DNA of 64,000 bases from the human T2T-CHM13v2.0 reference genome, Homo sapiens. Of the stretch, positions 14,666 to 28,420 are shown one piece after another (the stretch's first letter is position 1; each line of letters begins with the position of its first letter). The notes under the pieces were generated by a model, which saw nothing but the letters and a program-made list of their open reading frames with translations, made no database searches and had not been told where the DNA came from. The translations under genes and the position numbers were made by a program. The stretch lies in the NCBI RefSeq assembly GCF_009914755.1, contig NC_060927.1. One strand, written 5' to 3'.

Positions 14666-16769
14666 TTTTAAAGTCCACGCACTGCCACTTGATGGTGGAT
14701 GTGAAATAATTGTACATTAAGATTATTAAGCTGCTGCAGCTAGATAAAATATTTAACAAGTATTAAACTGGAAGTGATCATGTGAAATCAGTTTTAGCTA
14801 AGATACTAATCTAGAAGTTACTATCTGTACTAAAGACAGCAAAATAGAAAGCGTCCCTACCAGCACAGCATAATGCAAAACGCAAGCAAGGACAACTAGT
14901 AGCAGGCCTTCTGCAGAACCTATTAGAGAAAGCAATCTGCTTTAGAATTGATGGAGATTCCCTAATCAAAGTGAAATTGAGCAAATTCCTAAGCCAGATG
15001 GGGAGTTTTCTGCTAGCAAGTCATCAGAAACAAGGATGCCAACTTGATCCTATGGAAAGGCACAGTACAAGAATGACATGGAACACTACCTCATCGAGAA
15101 TAGAAAACTCCAGACCCTACCAGGACTGTGGCAATCCTCTCAGCCCTCTCGCTTATTAGTGGAGGAGAACTGGGAATCAATAACAGAATCCTTTTGTACA
15201 TCATTTATATCTTTGTACATGTAATTATACTTAAATCAACAAAGTAGTAAACTTTATATTACTCCTAAGTTATAATGTGGGTTTAGTCATTCTCTGATTC
15301 AAGGAAATGTTGGCTTTGTAAAACCAAAGGTAACCTTCTGCTGTTATTTTGTAGGCTGTGGACGGAGAAATCCCTGGAATGATTGGAGAGTCGAGAGTCG
15401 GATGCACCAAGCCGAGAGAGAAAGCCAAGTGCACCGTTTAGCAAATGATACTTAGGGTTTATTTCTCTTTGGTTTTTTGCTCCATGTTACACACCCACAT
15501 ACTTGTAAGACAGAGCAGTGAATGGCCTCTTCTGTCTGAGTCCAAAGCCCACACTCTGTCTGCTATGTCACACTATTATGACATACAGCCATTAACCCGT
15601 GCTAATCACCTATTTCACTTGAATGACCCAATATAACAATGTGTGGATTTGAGAGACAATCTCATACTAAAAACAAACAAAATGAAAGAGAAACCTGTTA
15701 TAATATGTAGAGTACCTTATTACAAAGATTCAGAACCACAGGTCAAATAGCATGCTCTCCGGCAACAATATGATAAAATTCTTTCCTAAAAGGAAAATTC
15801 CATTGAAAACAAGCACTTTTTACATCCTAGGAGATGGCCCATAACAACAGTACAGTATAGAGAATAATTTTCCATAAAAAAATACTCATAAAATCAATGC
15901 TGTTGTTTTTTCTGGTCCCCACCCATTTCATCTTCATTTTCTAGAAACCAAACTGAAATGATGTGGCTGTTTACACTTTCAGAAGGAGAGAACACAGAAA
16001 GCTGAGTGACTGTGACTCAGAGATTTTGTTCTACCCCCGACCAGCAGTTACCCTTCAACCAGTCTCGCTCTTCATCCCTCACAATGCAAACTTCAGAGTC
16101 ACACTGCCAGAAACAAACCCAAATAATTCCCAAACACACCACTAGAAACCCAAACAAAACACTAGATTAAAAATTCCAGGGTGTCTGCTGTTCACAAAAA
16201 CTTGCTGGCTCACCAGCAAAAATCTGGGCATCAGCACTGTGCTGTCCACAACTCCTAAAGACGGATGTGGCTGCCTCCAGTCCAGAAGGCCTCTTCCTTT
16301 CTGACTTTCACATTATTCCTCAGCCAACTGCAGCCTACTTGGCCAACATTATTTTCCTCACCCTTTCACAGACAGCCTCCACCTCCTCTTACTGCCCTCA
16401 CGCCCACCCTGCCCAACTGGGTTGTGTTTATCCTTTCCTTCCAGCCTTCTCCTCTACCCTCTGGGGTGTCCACCGCCCTCTCCTCTCTAGTTCCCCTAAA
16501 TCCTTGCCCAATGCCCAGTTTAGGTCCAGCCTTTACTGGGTAACTTTTATCCAAGCACATGAGCTTCTCTCTGCCCTGAAATTCTAGAATTCTTTCCACG
16601 TAGGGCACAGAATCATGAAGTTCAATTTCTCTAGTTGTTTTTTATATGATAGTCTCATCTTTTCATCTGGATTAAAAGTCCACATCTTAGAGTCCCTTGC
16701 CATGCCCTCCATCTCAATTAGGGCACTTAAAGCCAAACAGCTGCCAGCATTTTCCACAATTACATGTAT

Positions 16770-16950
16770 TACATTACAGACACACATACACACATACACA
16801 TATACACATGGATACATACTTATAAATCTATACATGATATGTAGGCATGATATGTATTTACACACACATCATGGGATATATATGTACATAAAAAATACGG
16901 TGTATGTTTATATATCTAAGACATATATGTATGTATAAAACATGAGATAC
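16770..16950. repeat. Degenerate (CA/TA)n low-complexity tract
   Basis: cacacatacacacatacacatatacacatggatacatac...atatatgtatgtata. Confidence 0.8.
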
Positions 16951-17033
16951 ATATGCCTTCATTTATTATTCATTTGTTTGTTTACTGATTGTTTACTAAA
17001 TGCTGATAGAATTTTTTAAGAATTAAATTCCTA

Positions 17034-17150
17034 TTGAGAAGGGGTCTCGCTATGTTGCCCAGGCTAGTCTGAAAATCCTGGGCTCAAGTGATCCTCTGGC
17101 CTCAGCCTCCTCAGAAGCTGGGACTACAGGCCTGCAAGACTGCACCCAGC
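17034..17150 (-). mobile_element. FLAM / AluJ left monomer
   Basis: gagaaggggtctcgctatgttgcccaggctagtc..tcctgggctcaagtgatcct..gcctcagcctcc..agctgggactacagg; single monomer only. Confidence 0.88.
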
Positions 17151-17454
17151 TTGGCTGGGTTAATAGAGTATTAACACTAGGAAAACAAACGCAGAAATGT
17201 TGTAGCCTCATCCTGCATGCTGTCTGTAGATGGGAAAAATCAAACTCAGGGAAATTAATTTTTTCAAGACTACACTTGGTAGAAAGCAAGGTATGAGAAG
17301 GAGCTAACAAACTAAATTCCACAGGAAAACAGCATAAATATTACAGCTAGACAAGAACGCTGATGGAGAAAATTTCCCAATAGAGGAACCATTAGGGGTT
17401 CCTGAGGCAAATATACCCTATACAGTGCAGATTGTCTATATATGTAGCTCACTA

Positions 17455-17628
17455 TGGCCCATGACATATTAGCATGTGAATCTCCTTCAGTGTTATTGAT
17501 AAAAATTCAGATTCCTCAATGCTATCTGAGAGCTATCTAATCTGAATCTCCAGGTAAGGTCCAGGAATCTATATTTCCACGGAGTCCCACAATGATTCTC
17601 TGCACACCACAGCTGAGAACCACTGGCT
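17455..17628. mobile_element. MER5-type hAT-Charlie MITE
   Basis: gaatctcc..ttattgataaaaattcagattcct...tctgaatctccagg..ggtccaggaatctatattt...tgattct..gcacac..gagaaccactg. Confidence 0.75.
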
Positions 17629-17797
17629 CTACCCTATATCAAGCTGACAATGAGAAAGATATAAAAGACTAGGCAGATGCTGCTGGACTTGAGATCCCCA
17701 TTCCCAAGGAGTTAATTCAAAGACAGTCATTGCTCATAAGGCTAAACCAAGTGGTCCAATTTCATTTGCTTATTCTTCATTCAAAAAACCACTTTTC

Positions 17798-18138
<341 letters not shown>

Positions 18139-18344
18139 CACCTTTTCACCTAAGTACCTCAAGGCCCTCCACCAAAAAAACAATGCTCTCTTAAAACTAG
18201 CTGACCCTTTGCTCTAAGCATAAAGAAAAACAGAAGCACATGTGGCATTGTGAAAATGACCTATTCTCAATTTTCTATGTCTATCTAGAGCTGTGGCATT
18301 CTTCTAATTTTTTTTCTTTTAACTTAGAGTTCTTGTCCCTAAAG

Positions 18345-18520
18345 CAGTGGCCCTCACAATGTAGTCCCTGGACTAGCAGTATCAGCATCACCTAGAAAGT
18401 CAAATTCTTAGGCCCCAGCTCAGACCTGCAGAATCAGAAATTCCAGGGGGCAGGGCCAGCATTCTGGCTTAATAGACCCATTGGGTGATTCCGATACAGG
18501 CTACAGTTCGACAACCACTA
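18345..18520 (+). mobile_element. MER5A hAT-Charlie MITE
   Basis: cagtggccctcacaatgtagtccctggactagcagtatcagcatcacct...gacctgcagaatcagaaattc...gggtgattccgat..gttcgacaaccacta; 8-bp TSD ccctaaag/ccctgaag. Confidence 0.9.
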
Positions 18521-20265
18521 CCCTGAAGGAATACTGGGAGAAGAGGAGTTTCCATTAGTCCTTCTCAAGTCTGAGCCTCCTCTGCTTGGGGAAATGGGAA
18601 GAGGTGAATGGCAGGCTGAGCAAGGGAGATCCAGGCCCATCCGCTCCCACTAGTCCATCTGCAGGCATTTCACACAGCTGGCTTTCATAACAAAGCTTAT
18701 CCTGAGTCTCAAAGTTGATACTCTCTGAATATCAATTGATAAGCTTACCAACATGTTAAAACAACAAGGCAACACAGCAGGCCTAGTATGGAACACAAAT
18801 AAACGTCACAGAATCTGACCTTAAAAGCTGGATCTAACTGAAAAAAAAAAAAACAAAAAAAAAACTGGATCTATATTCTAAAATTAATGGGGGAGGGAGG
18901 GCTGGACTGATTTAATTTAGTGAGAACTGTTTCTTTTAAGTGAATTGGTTGATTTAAGTCCTACAACCAGTTTCTAAGCACTCAATTTCAAATTAACCAG
19001 TTGCTTGAATAAAATGGTGAATTTTCTTTATTTTCTTCAAGACAGGCTCATGTGGCTATGACCTGAAATCAGTGATTAAAGAAATGCTTAATGGTATCTG
19101 CCCATTACTAAATTATTATTATTAATTAAAAGTTTAAAAAGAAAACAAAGCTTACTTTTGTCTACTAATGGATACAGGGATTTAATGTTACAAATTACCT
19201 TTCTAAACCCAAAATGCACAAGGAAGTGAAGTATACGTAGAAAATTCATCTCTAAAAGCATACTACCCACCAACGACTACCTAATTTAGCAGAATATATT
19301 ACCTCTATGCTTCATAAATCTTAATTAAAGCTGTTAGTTTTCCTATTATGTGATCGAGAAATGCCCCATTAAAGTTAAACAGTTTCTACAAGTAATTATA
19401 CACATATACACTTTAAAATTGCTTCATATATACTGGAAACATTGTCTACTAAATCAAAAACTTGCAGAATTTCATTAATGCAAGATTTTTTTATCTCCCA
19501 AAAGTCAAATGTGTCCCAGAGGAACCAGTATACTCAGTGTTGGCTTCTTATAATACAATTTAATGCTCACAAACACAACTAAAGTATTTAAACATTTACA
19601 GGGGTTGTCATAAATGCTTTTCTTATTTTTGATCAAATTCAACCTTACACTTAATACAGTTAACTGTAGTTATTTAATTTAAAAACTTGAGATTCCAACC
19701 TCAAAAATTTATAACAATATAAATGCAGTTACTTGGCTATAGGATACGTATACTGTGGGGACTCCATTCTTCAATATGAAACACAAATACCAAAACCAGA
19801 GAGGTAGTATTTTTTAAAGTAGACATTATTTTAAATAACTTTTGGCACATTGAAGAAAAAACATCAAATCCAAATACAAAAATAGAATTCTTTCATTCAT
19901 ATAGTCAATTTCAATCAGACACTAGCACACCAATAATAAGAATAATGTTTATATTTTTCTGTTTTGAAAAATAATACAAGATGAATCGATAAACTAGCTA
20001 ATTGAAAATATAATGTTATTTGAGGGATTCTAGACATCCTAACTGAATAATTGGATGGAAAATATTATTGACAACTTCTCCATTTTCTCAAAAGGTGTAG
20101 TTTATTTAATTCATTGAAATGTTACATGTAACTCTTTAATATTATACTTCCGAGAGATGTGCAAGTTTCATCTTCAGAAACTGTCACTGGCCTTAGAAGA
20201 AAACACTTAGATGTAAACTCTTGTGCCAAGAGCTTTCTGTCCTGGGGCATATTGGATGAGCACAT

Positions 20266-20421
20266 TCACAGAACATGAAACAAGAGAAGGAAGACAGCTG
20301 TAGCCCAGGCGGTGATGGATAACCCTTGATCGGGCAAACGTAATATCTCTGAGGGCTGAAAGTACATTATTAATTGAAATCCTTGGTTAGTTCCTCCTTG
20401 TAGACCACCATATAATTGCAT
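20266..20421 (-). other. Candidate small ORF (51 aa) with hydrophobic C-terminus in a putative terminal exon
   Basis: Hand-translated: MQLYGGLQGGTNQGFQLIMYFQPSEILRLPDQGLSITAWATAVFLLLFHVL*; acceptor ttttcag ends at 20428; AATAAA at 20101-20106 (-). No homology recognised. Confidence 0.2.
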
Positions 20422-22504
20422 CTCTACCTGAAAAACTGTTTTCAGCAGAATTCATAATGGGTAAAGTGTCCTCAAAATGCATATGAAGGAAATCTATTTT
20501 GCGTACAAGTGATTATATCACAATGTACACATTACAGAGACACTAAATCCTTATTTCCATGACTGTACACAGACCAGAAAATAAATGCAAGCAGTTTACC
20601 GCTCACCATACAGCACAGTAACAATTAAAATGCTGTTTGATCAAAAATTAAAACCTAAAAAACATTAAAACTAAAAAAAAAAGACTGTTCCATAGAATTA
20701 GTGTTTCCAGTTAGCAACAAATATAAATGACCTCAGTGTATTCTGATATTAAATACAACCTCCCCAATATAAATATCTTATAGTTACAAATACCTTAGTT
20801 TAATGAAATGCCTCTTCTTTTGTGACTATATTTTATGAATATAAATTGGACTAGTCAAACACATTAGCATTTTTTTCTTATTCAAATAGAGTGTATCAAA
20901 TCTTGCTGGTTTAAAAAGAAAAAGTTTCTTAGGACAATGAAAGTTTTATGGGGAGTTGAGGGGTTGGAAGGAGGTGAAGAGGTGCATGTTTCCAAGCTAG
21001 GGTATAGGAAAGATTAAATATCTCACTGAACTTCAGCCTGACATGGAAAAGTAACATCACCTAAAATCTCAATCTTATCAAAGTGTAAGATGAAGTAAAA
21101 TAGAAGACAGGGATACATTAAGAGATGTTCAACATAAGTTTTAAAAATAGGTACAGTAATAATGCAATCCACTAATAAACTGAATAAGGAGCCGGGTGGA
21201 GAGTCTAACAACCAGTCATACTAAATGACAGCTCAGAGGGCGAAGAGGTGTGGAAACTGAGAAGATAGACTTCCAAGTCTTTTCCTGAAAGTGCTTAGAT
21301 TTTGAGAAGAGTCCAATATTGTCAGACAAAAGAGTCTTTGTGCAACAACACCAGGGAGGTGACGGAAAGCTGCTCAGGAAAACCAACATAGACAGCCCCA
21401 GCCTTGTACACAGGACCCGTGGAGAACTTTGACTTACGGGGCCTGCAGAAAGAACAATGCTAAATGCAAGAGCATCATATTCAGCCAATATCAGAATGGG
21501 CACAGAGCAGATGAGCAGATGTCTTTAAAAAATCATGTTGGGTTTTTTTCTTTCAAAAAATATAATAAGCAGATACACAGACTACAATTTCAAATTGCAT
21601 CAGTAGTCTTAGACTAGGTCCTCAGACATTTGACCACTCTGGGTGATTTAACCTGCCTCACAAACCTTGATACCTCTGGTTGGCAGGGGCTCTGATTTTG
21701 AGTTCTTGGTGAAGTGGCAAAACAGCTCATGAGGGAGTATCAACACACAAGGCCTAATATCCTGAGGTTCCTGTCCCAGAATAATGAAATAGGAGCCTGT
21801 TATTATTAAAGGAAGACTGGTGTCATACAGAGACAATTTCAAATAGAGAAATACACACTAAACATGGATGGTGGTCCACTGTTTATTCAAATTCAGGATA
21901 TCTACAAAAACTTAGGCTGTAAATCAAGTAAACACATCAGATAATTGGCACTTCCAGCGTTAGGGAGAGTTGTCCAAGCTTTTGCCCCTACAGGAAACCA
22001 TAATAAATAAGAGAAAAACACCCAGTATATCAACCTTTCTGGATCTTCAAAATAGAGCTGCCTCATAAGTTTTACCAGGATGAAAATATTAAAAGATTCA
22101 TAATAAGGGTACAAAAAATTCATTTTTCTCCTTCACCATTTCCAACTGCCCTGCTATCAATCTGAAAATAATTTAAGTGTTTAAAGGTATCCAATAAACA
22201 AGCAATGTCCTTAAATAAACTTTAAAACCAGGTGCCAATTTTAAATTAGCATTAGATGCAATTTTATCTTAAAATGGCATCTTCGCAGCTGTAATTTCCA
22301 TCATATGAAATAAACAGCAAGTTATAAAACTGGCTGAAAATTTTTCAAAAATATACATCTGCCAATAAAACATACAAAAAAGATTCAATCTCATACAAGA
22401 ACCAAAAGAAAATAGGGTGGGAGGGTTTACTGTGGAATTAAAATGTAAGAAGATAGCAGAACAAAGTCTTCCAGTAACTATTTTTTGTAGTGCTAAATTC
22501 TGTG

Positions 22505-22715
22505 GTGTAATGGAAACAGCATGATGTCAGAGACAGAAGCCTGGTTTTCAATTCTACCGCCACCTTGAACTAGCCATGGGATCCTGATCTGTAGATTTAC
22601 TTCATTCATAAAGGGGGGTAATGATACTTTTCGTCTGAGTGTAGTATAGTGAGCAATTTGCACCGCAGTTGGTGCATATAAACTCTTAATAGGTATTATC
22701 TGTTGACGTTATTAT
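22505..22715 (+). mobile_element. MIR SINE (degenerate)
   Basis: gtggtgtaatggaaacagcatg..gtcagagacagaagcctggttttcaattct..gccacc..actagc...ataaaggggggtaatgatac. Confidence 0.7.
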
Positions 22716-23195
22716 CATCATGAGTTGCTAGATCAGATCAGCTAGCAAAGAGAAGGGTCTTAAGAAAACAGGAGACAAAAATGGATCCAAATGAGGCCAG
22801 AGTGAAGAAGAAAATATGGGACTAGGCATCAAAACCATGAAGGTCAAAGGAAAGAGAAGAGAGAAACTTTGGAAACATCACAGGTCAGACTGTGACCTTA
22901 ATGAATATGATATGTGACTGCCTAATAGAATTGTTATTGATATGACACATGTAGCTTTAGAAACAAACTACACTAAATGCTTGCACTGGGCCTGTACCTG
23001 ATCAAAACAGACATATTCATTCATACCACTCTGCTTCCATCATTCAGGGTTTTGATAAAACGTTAAACCTCATCCTCACACCTTAAATGTAATTTTACCA
23101 AACTAAAGTAAACTGAAGTGAGCTACAACCGATAGCGAAGAACCCTATACGCATTAACGTGAGCCACAGTTTAAAGTGTGTCCCCTTTAGCATAA

Positions 23196-23515
<320 letters not shown>

Positions 23516-23855
23516 CTACATAGTGAAAGTCTGCTATGATACATTTAACTTTTAGACAAGAATAAGCTGGTTCCCAATATAAGCTTTGTGAAGATGTTCC
23601 ATTGTACCAACAATCAATTCTCTCACTGGGAATGGTTGAGAAATGGCTTTGTTGACCAAGTGCTATACTACACATAAATTAGCAATTTGCAAAAAGAGAA
23701 AGAATAAAAGGGAAAGAATCAAATACACTCAACACCACAACATGATAAATATGTTGATTAATTCCCTGATCATTCAAAGAGATATTCAGGAATTTCAAAG
23801 ACTGTACATCATTATAATTTCCTTTGTCTTCTAGATGTAGGAACCTGCCAGTTAA

Positions 23856-24255
<400 letters not shown>

Positions 24256-25427
24256 TGAGATTAACATAAAATCATAGCAAATTATAAGTACTCCCCAAGG
24301 GATTAAAAAACTAAGCAAAAATAGAGAAAGTCAAGAATTAGTCACCCATAGTTTTCTCAAGAAAACAGAGTTTAAATATATAATAGGAAGGTAGAAAAGT
24401 AGGCACTATATCTACAAATAATTCACATGCACACGTATCCCTAAAATGTGCTAAGTATCATTTAGATGTCCAAAAACAAGAAACACCAGTTACCCAGGGG
24501 CCATGATTAATTTTCTCCCTTCAAGAGGAACTAGGTCTGCAAAAGGCTTAGAAATTGGTAGACTCAGGCCCACTCCAGGAAACTCGGCTGGTGTTTCCAT
24601 TATAAACCGCATTTCAGGAGTTTACAAGTTGAATGTTTTTAAAACATATTGGGCTCATAATGAGCTCACACATTCTTAAAATGTTCTCTTTTTGCTCTCC
24701 TTTAAAAAGTATGGCCACTTTTGTGAATAAATCATAAACAAAATTTCAGGTGATTATTTTTGGCTGAGCTCCAAGACACAATGGCTAAATGTTTGAATAA
24801 AGTAAAAAGACTAATTATTTTCTTCATTTGGAAAGTAGAGTAGAAAGGCCAGCCTGAGAAACACTCCACAGGACTTCCGTTTTAAAGCATTCTTTTGCAA
24901 TATTTTCATTCAGTGGTTCAAGATCCTAGGACTGCAGCTAGGAATATGCAATCAAACTTCAAAAACTCCATTTCTACATCTGGAGATTTATGCAATAATC
25001 GCTCCAGCATTAGACTTCTCTAAAGTTATTTGTGGTCAAAATTACATGTACCATGAAAGCCAGGAAGACTCTTAGAATGAAGCTAAAAGCCAGGTGGTAA
25101 GGCACCTACACTTAGGTGTCGCCACAAACCCAAATTCAAACCAACCTCATAGTTTTATAAGCCTTTTCCCTGTGCCAACTCCCAGCTTAAAAATAGTCCA
25201 GGGCAAATCTCAGCAAGGAACTGAGTTGATGAGTAGGTTAAGGCTTAAAAATCATTTCTTTCAGAACCAGGGGGAAAAGAAGAACCTGGAGGTTCTGCCG
25301 AATATGAAAACTATTCTCCACAGCATCTCTAACACCTTTTGGGGTTTATAAAAGAGGAAGGCAGCAGAGATGTCAAAGCCAGGCATGCCTCATTCCCACA
25401 AGGAATAGAGCACTGAGTGTAACTCAC

Positions 25428-25568
25428 CAGGCCTCTTACATGGGAATGTTGGATGGTACAGCACCATTGAGTTCCAGAAGGATGGTCCTGCGCCGCAGTA
25501 GAAAAACACCTTGAAACAAGGTAGCTTTACTGCTAAACTCTCTCACCATGCATGGCTGAGTTCAGCTG
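25428..25568 (-). other. Candidate 141-nt non-coding exon
   Basis: Minus strand: ctttttcctcag|cag (NAGNAG acceptor) ... CTG|GTGAGT donor; stops in all three frames. Confidence 0.3.
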
Positions 25569-26411
25569 CTGAGGAAAAAGGTGTTCTCTCTGAACCTGTG
25601 AATTGACAAGATTCCCCCTATTCACAGAACAACCTTCCATCTGCAGGCTCACGTCACACTTAGAAGACATGAAAATGTGCCCCATCCCAAAAGAAAGAAT
25701 CACATAAACTTTCTAAATTGCAACTATGCAAAAGACACAAGTAACACTGATTAAAACTGCACAAATTCCAAAATTTAATTGATAATATTCTACATGTAGG
25801 TTAAAGGTTAAAAATACCCTGCAATGCTGCTATATTTATTGACAAGGGCAACTTTTCCATCTGTTTCTAATTTTATCCATGATTGGTCATGAGCCTCAAA
25901 AGAAAAATCCACTGCTGACAATAAATGAAATGAAATTTGCACTTTCCTATAAATACCATCCCCCTTCAAGAAGAGGAACCCATTAATTACCACGTATGGG
26001 GAAAGAAGAATTAGTATGCTAATGCATACTAGTGTCCTAAATATTGTTCTTGATCAATAAACACACAACTTCAAACTCAGAACATTAGAAACAGAGATAT
26101 ACTCTGATTTGAATGGTGGTTTAAGTAAAAAAACTTATGTATCTGATATTTGGTAGATGGATATGGCACCTTTACACAATGAGTAGCCAGCAGCCAACTT
26201 TCCAAAGATTATGAACTTAGAGAGATGTTCTCTATTCGTCAGCTAGCAAATGACTAACTTTTCCAGATAGCCTTAACCACCTAAATCTAAATTATGGAAA
26301 TAATACAAGAAGAGAGGCTGGAATCGGGGGAAAGGAGCCTTTATGCTCAAATAGTATTTTTATACCCCTTCTCACTGGCTAGTCAGGGACCTGACTCCTT
26401 TATCCACCAAT

Positions 26412-26636
26412 ATCAGATTTCTCAACCTCAGCACTATTGGCATTTTGGCCCAGGCGATTCTTTGTTGGGAGCTGTCCTGATTGTAGGATGTTTAACAGCA
26501 TCCCTGGCTTCTATTCACTAGATGCCAATAGCACAACCCACTAGAGGCTGCCTACTCCTTGTGACAACCAAAAATGTCTCCAGACATTGCCAACTTTACC
26601 CCAGGGAGAAAAATCATCTCTGGTTGAGGACTTCTG
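26412..26636 (+). mobile_element. MER20 hAT-Charlie MITE
   Basis: tttctcaacctcagcactattggcattttgg..ttctttgttgggagctgtcctg..ttgtaggatgtttaacagcatccctggc..cactagatgcc..gtgacaaccaaaaatgtctccagacattgccaa. Confidence 0.92.
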
Positions 26637-27044
26637 ACGTATACCAAAAGAGGAAGGAAATATTTAGTCAAAAAGAAAAAATAAATAACATTTAAAATAA
26701 ATCTGAAGGCATAGGGAGTTTCCAGACCCCACAGAGTCCTCCCTTCCCCAATCACTCATGAGCTGCAGAGCTATGAAAGTAATCCACAAGATTGCAACTT
26801 ACAAAAAAACTATGTTCTGAAAGTTTTGAAATGCTCGTTAGAAACATACCACCAATTTTCTCCATAGAAATGTTTATTATATGTGGTGAATAAGTTCACA
26901 GGCTAGCCCCCAATACATATATTCACTCATATATGCACATAGACAAATACCACATACACACATATTTAACTTACAGGGAATATATTATTGTAATATCAGT
27001 AATTAAATACCATGAAAAATAAATATTGAATAACAAATTATATA

Positions 27045-27833
27045 CAGTCACACATCACATCATGAGGTTTTGGTCAACAATGGGCCACATATAAAACAAT
27101 GGTCCCATAAGATTATAACAGAGCTGAAAAATGTCTGTCACTTAAGTGACATCTTGATGATCCTGACCCTGCGTAGGCCTAGGCTAATGTGTGTGTGTCC
27201 TAGTTTTTAAAAGAAAGTTTTTAAAGTTTTTTAAAATTTTTTAAATAGACAAAAGCTTATAAGGTAAGGATATAAAAAATATTTTTGTACAGTTGTACAA
27301 TGTATGTTTAAGCTGTTAGCACAGGAGTCAAAGTTTAAAAAGTTTACAAAGTAAAAAAAAATTACCATACGCTAAGATTAATTTATTATTCAAGAAAGAA
27401 AAATTTTTGTATACATTTAGTGTAGTCTAAAGTGTACAGTGTTTATAAAGTCTGCAGCAGTGTACTGCAAAGTCCAGGGCTTTCACATTCACTCACCATT
27501 CATGCACTAACTCACCCAGAGCAACTTCCAGTCCTGCAAGCTCCATGGGTAGCAAGTGTTCTATACAGGTGTACCATTTTTTCTTTTACACTGTATTTTT
27601 ACTATACATTTTCTATGTTATGCAATTGCCTATGGTATTCAGTACAGTAACATGCTGTACAGGTTTGTAGCCTAGGAGCAACAGGGTACACCATACGGCT
27701 TCAATGTGCAATAGGCTAAATTAAGGTTTGGGTAAGTACACTCAATGATGTACCCACAACAATGGCATTGTCTAATGCCACGTTTCTCAGAAAGCATTCC
27801 CAAACATACCCCTGTCATAACTATGCATGACTG
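27045..27833 (+). mobile_element. Tigger3/MER7-type TcMar-Tigger non-autonomous DNA transposon
   Basis: Termini ta|cagtca... and ...catgactg; internal ggtcccataagattataa..gagctgaaaaa, cctgaccctgcgtaggcctaggctaatgtg, cagagcaacttccagtcctgcaagctccat, gtacaggtttgtagcctaggagcaa. Confidence 0.9.
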
Positions 27834-28171
27834 TGTTTGCTTATCTCAAAACTTAAGAAAATGTCATTTTTACTAGATTTATCAGACTGACAGAGACTCT
27901 GTAGAGAGTCTGAAGAAGCTTTTTGGCACTCTAAGATCTTTGGCAGTTAGGAGCCCTGGATTCTTTAGGGACAGTTTTTAAAGTTTCTAAGGAAGTTTGT
28001 GTAATTGCCTTTTTCTCTAAGCGAAAATTTCCCTTAGAGAAAGAAAAATGATACGGAGTGGAGGGGAGCAGCTAGAAAGAGAAAAGTATTAATGAGTATT
28101 TGTGTGTAAGCATGAGAAAGATTTACCTGCAAGGCAGTTTAAATTAACTGAGCTTTGATTTAAATATACAA

Positions 28172-28201
28172 AAGAGAGAGAAATCTCTCTCTCTCTCTCT
28201 C

Positions 28202-28237
<36 letters not shown>

Positions 28238-28257
28238 CCTCCCTCCCTCCTTCTCTC
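28172..28257. repeat. (GA)n/(CT)n/(CCCT)n simple repeat
   Basis: agagagaga-aa-tctctctct followed by ~70-bp pure pyrimidine tract. Confidence 0.9.
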
Positions 28258-28329
28258 ATTCACATACACATACTCACTAGCTCCCCTGAGGGGATGCCGA
28301 GGAGTACAATTTGAAAACCACCAATTTAG

Positions 28330-28420
28330 TTCATGCTTCTCATTTCACAGACGAGAAACCTGAGGTGTAGAGAGATTAAGTGACTGGCCCATGCCCTTGT
28401 TAATGATGGGCTGGAAGAAA
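28330..28420 (-). mobile_element. MIR fragment
   Basis: ctcatttcacagacgagaaacctgaggtgtagagagattaagtgactggccc. Confidence 0.8.
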
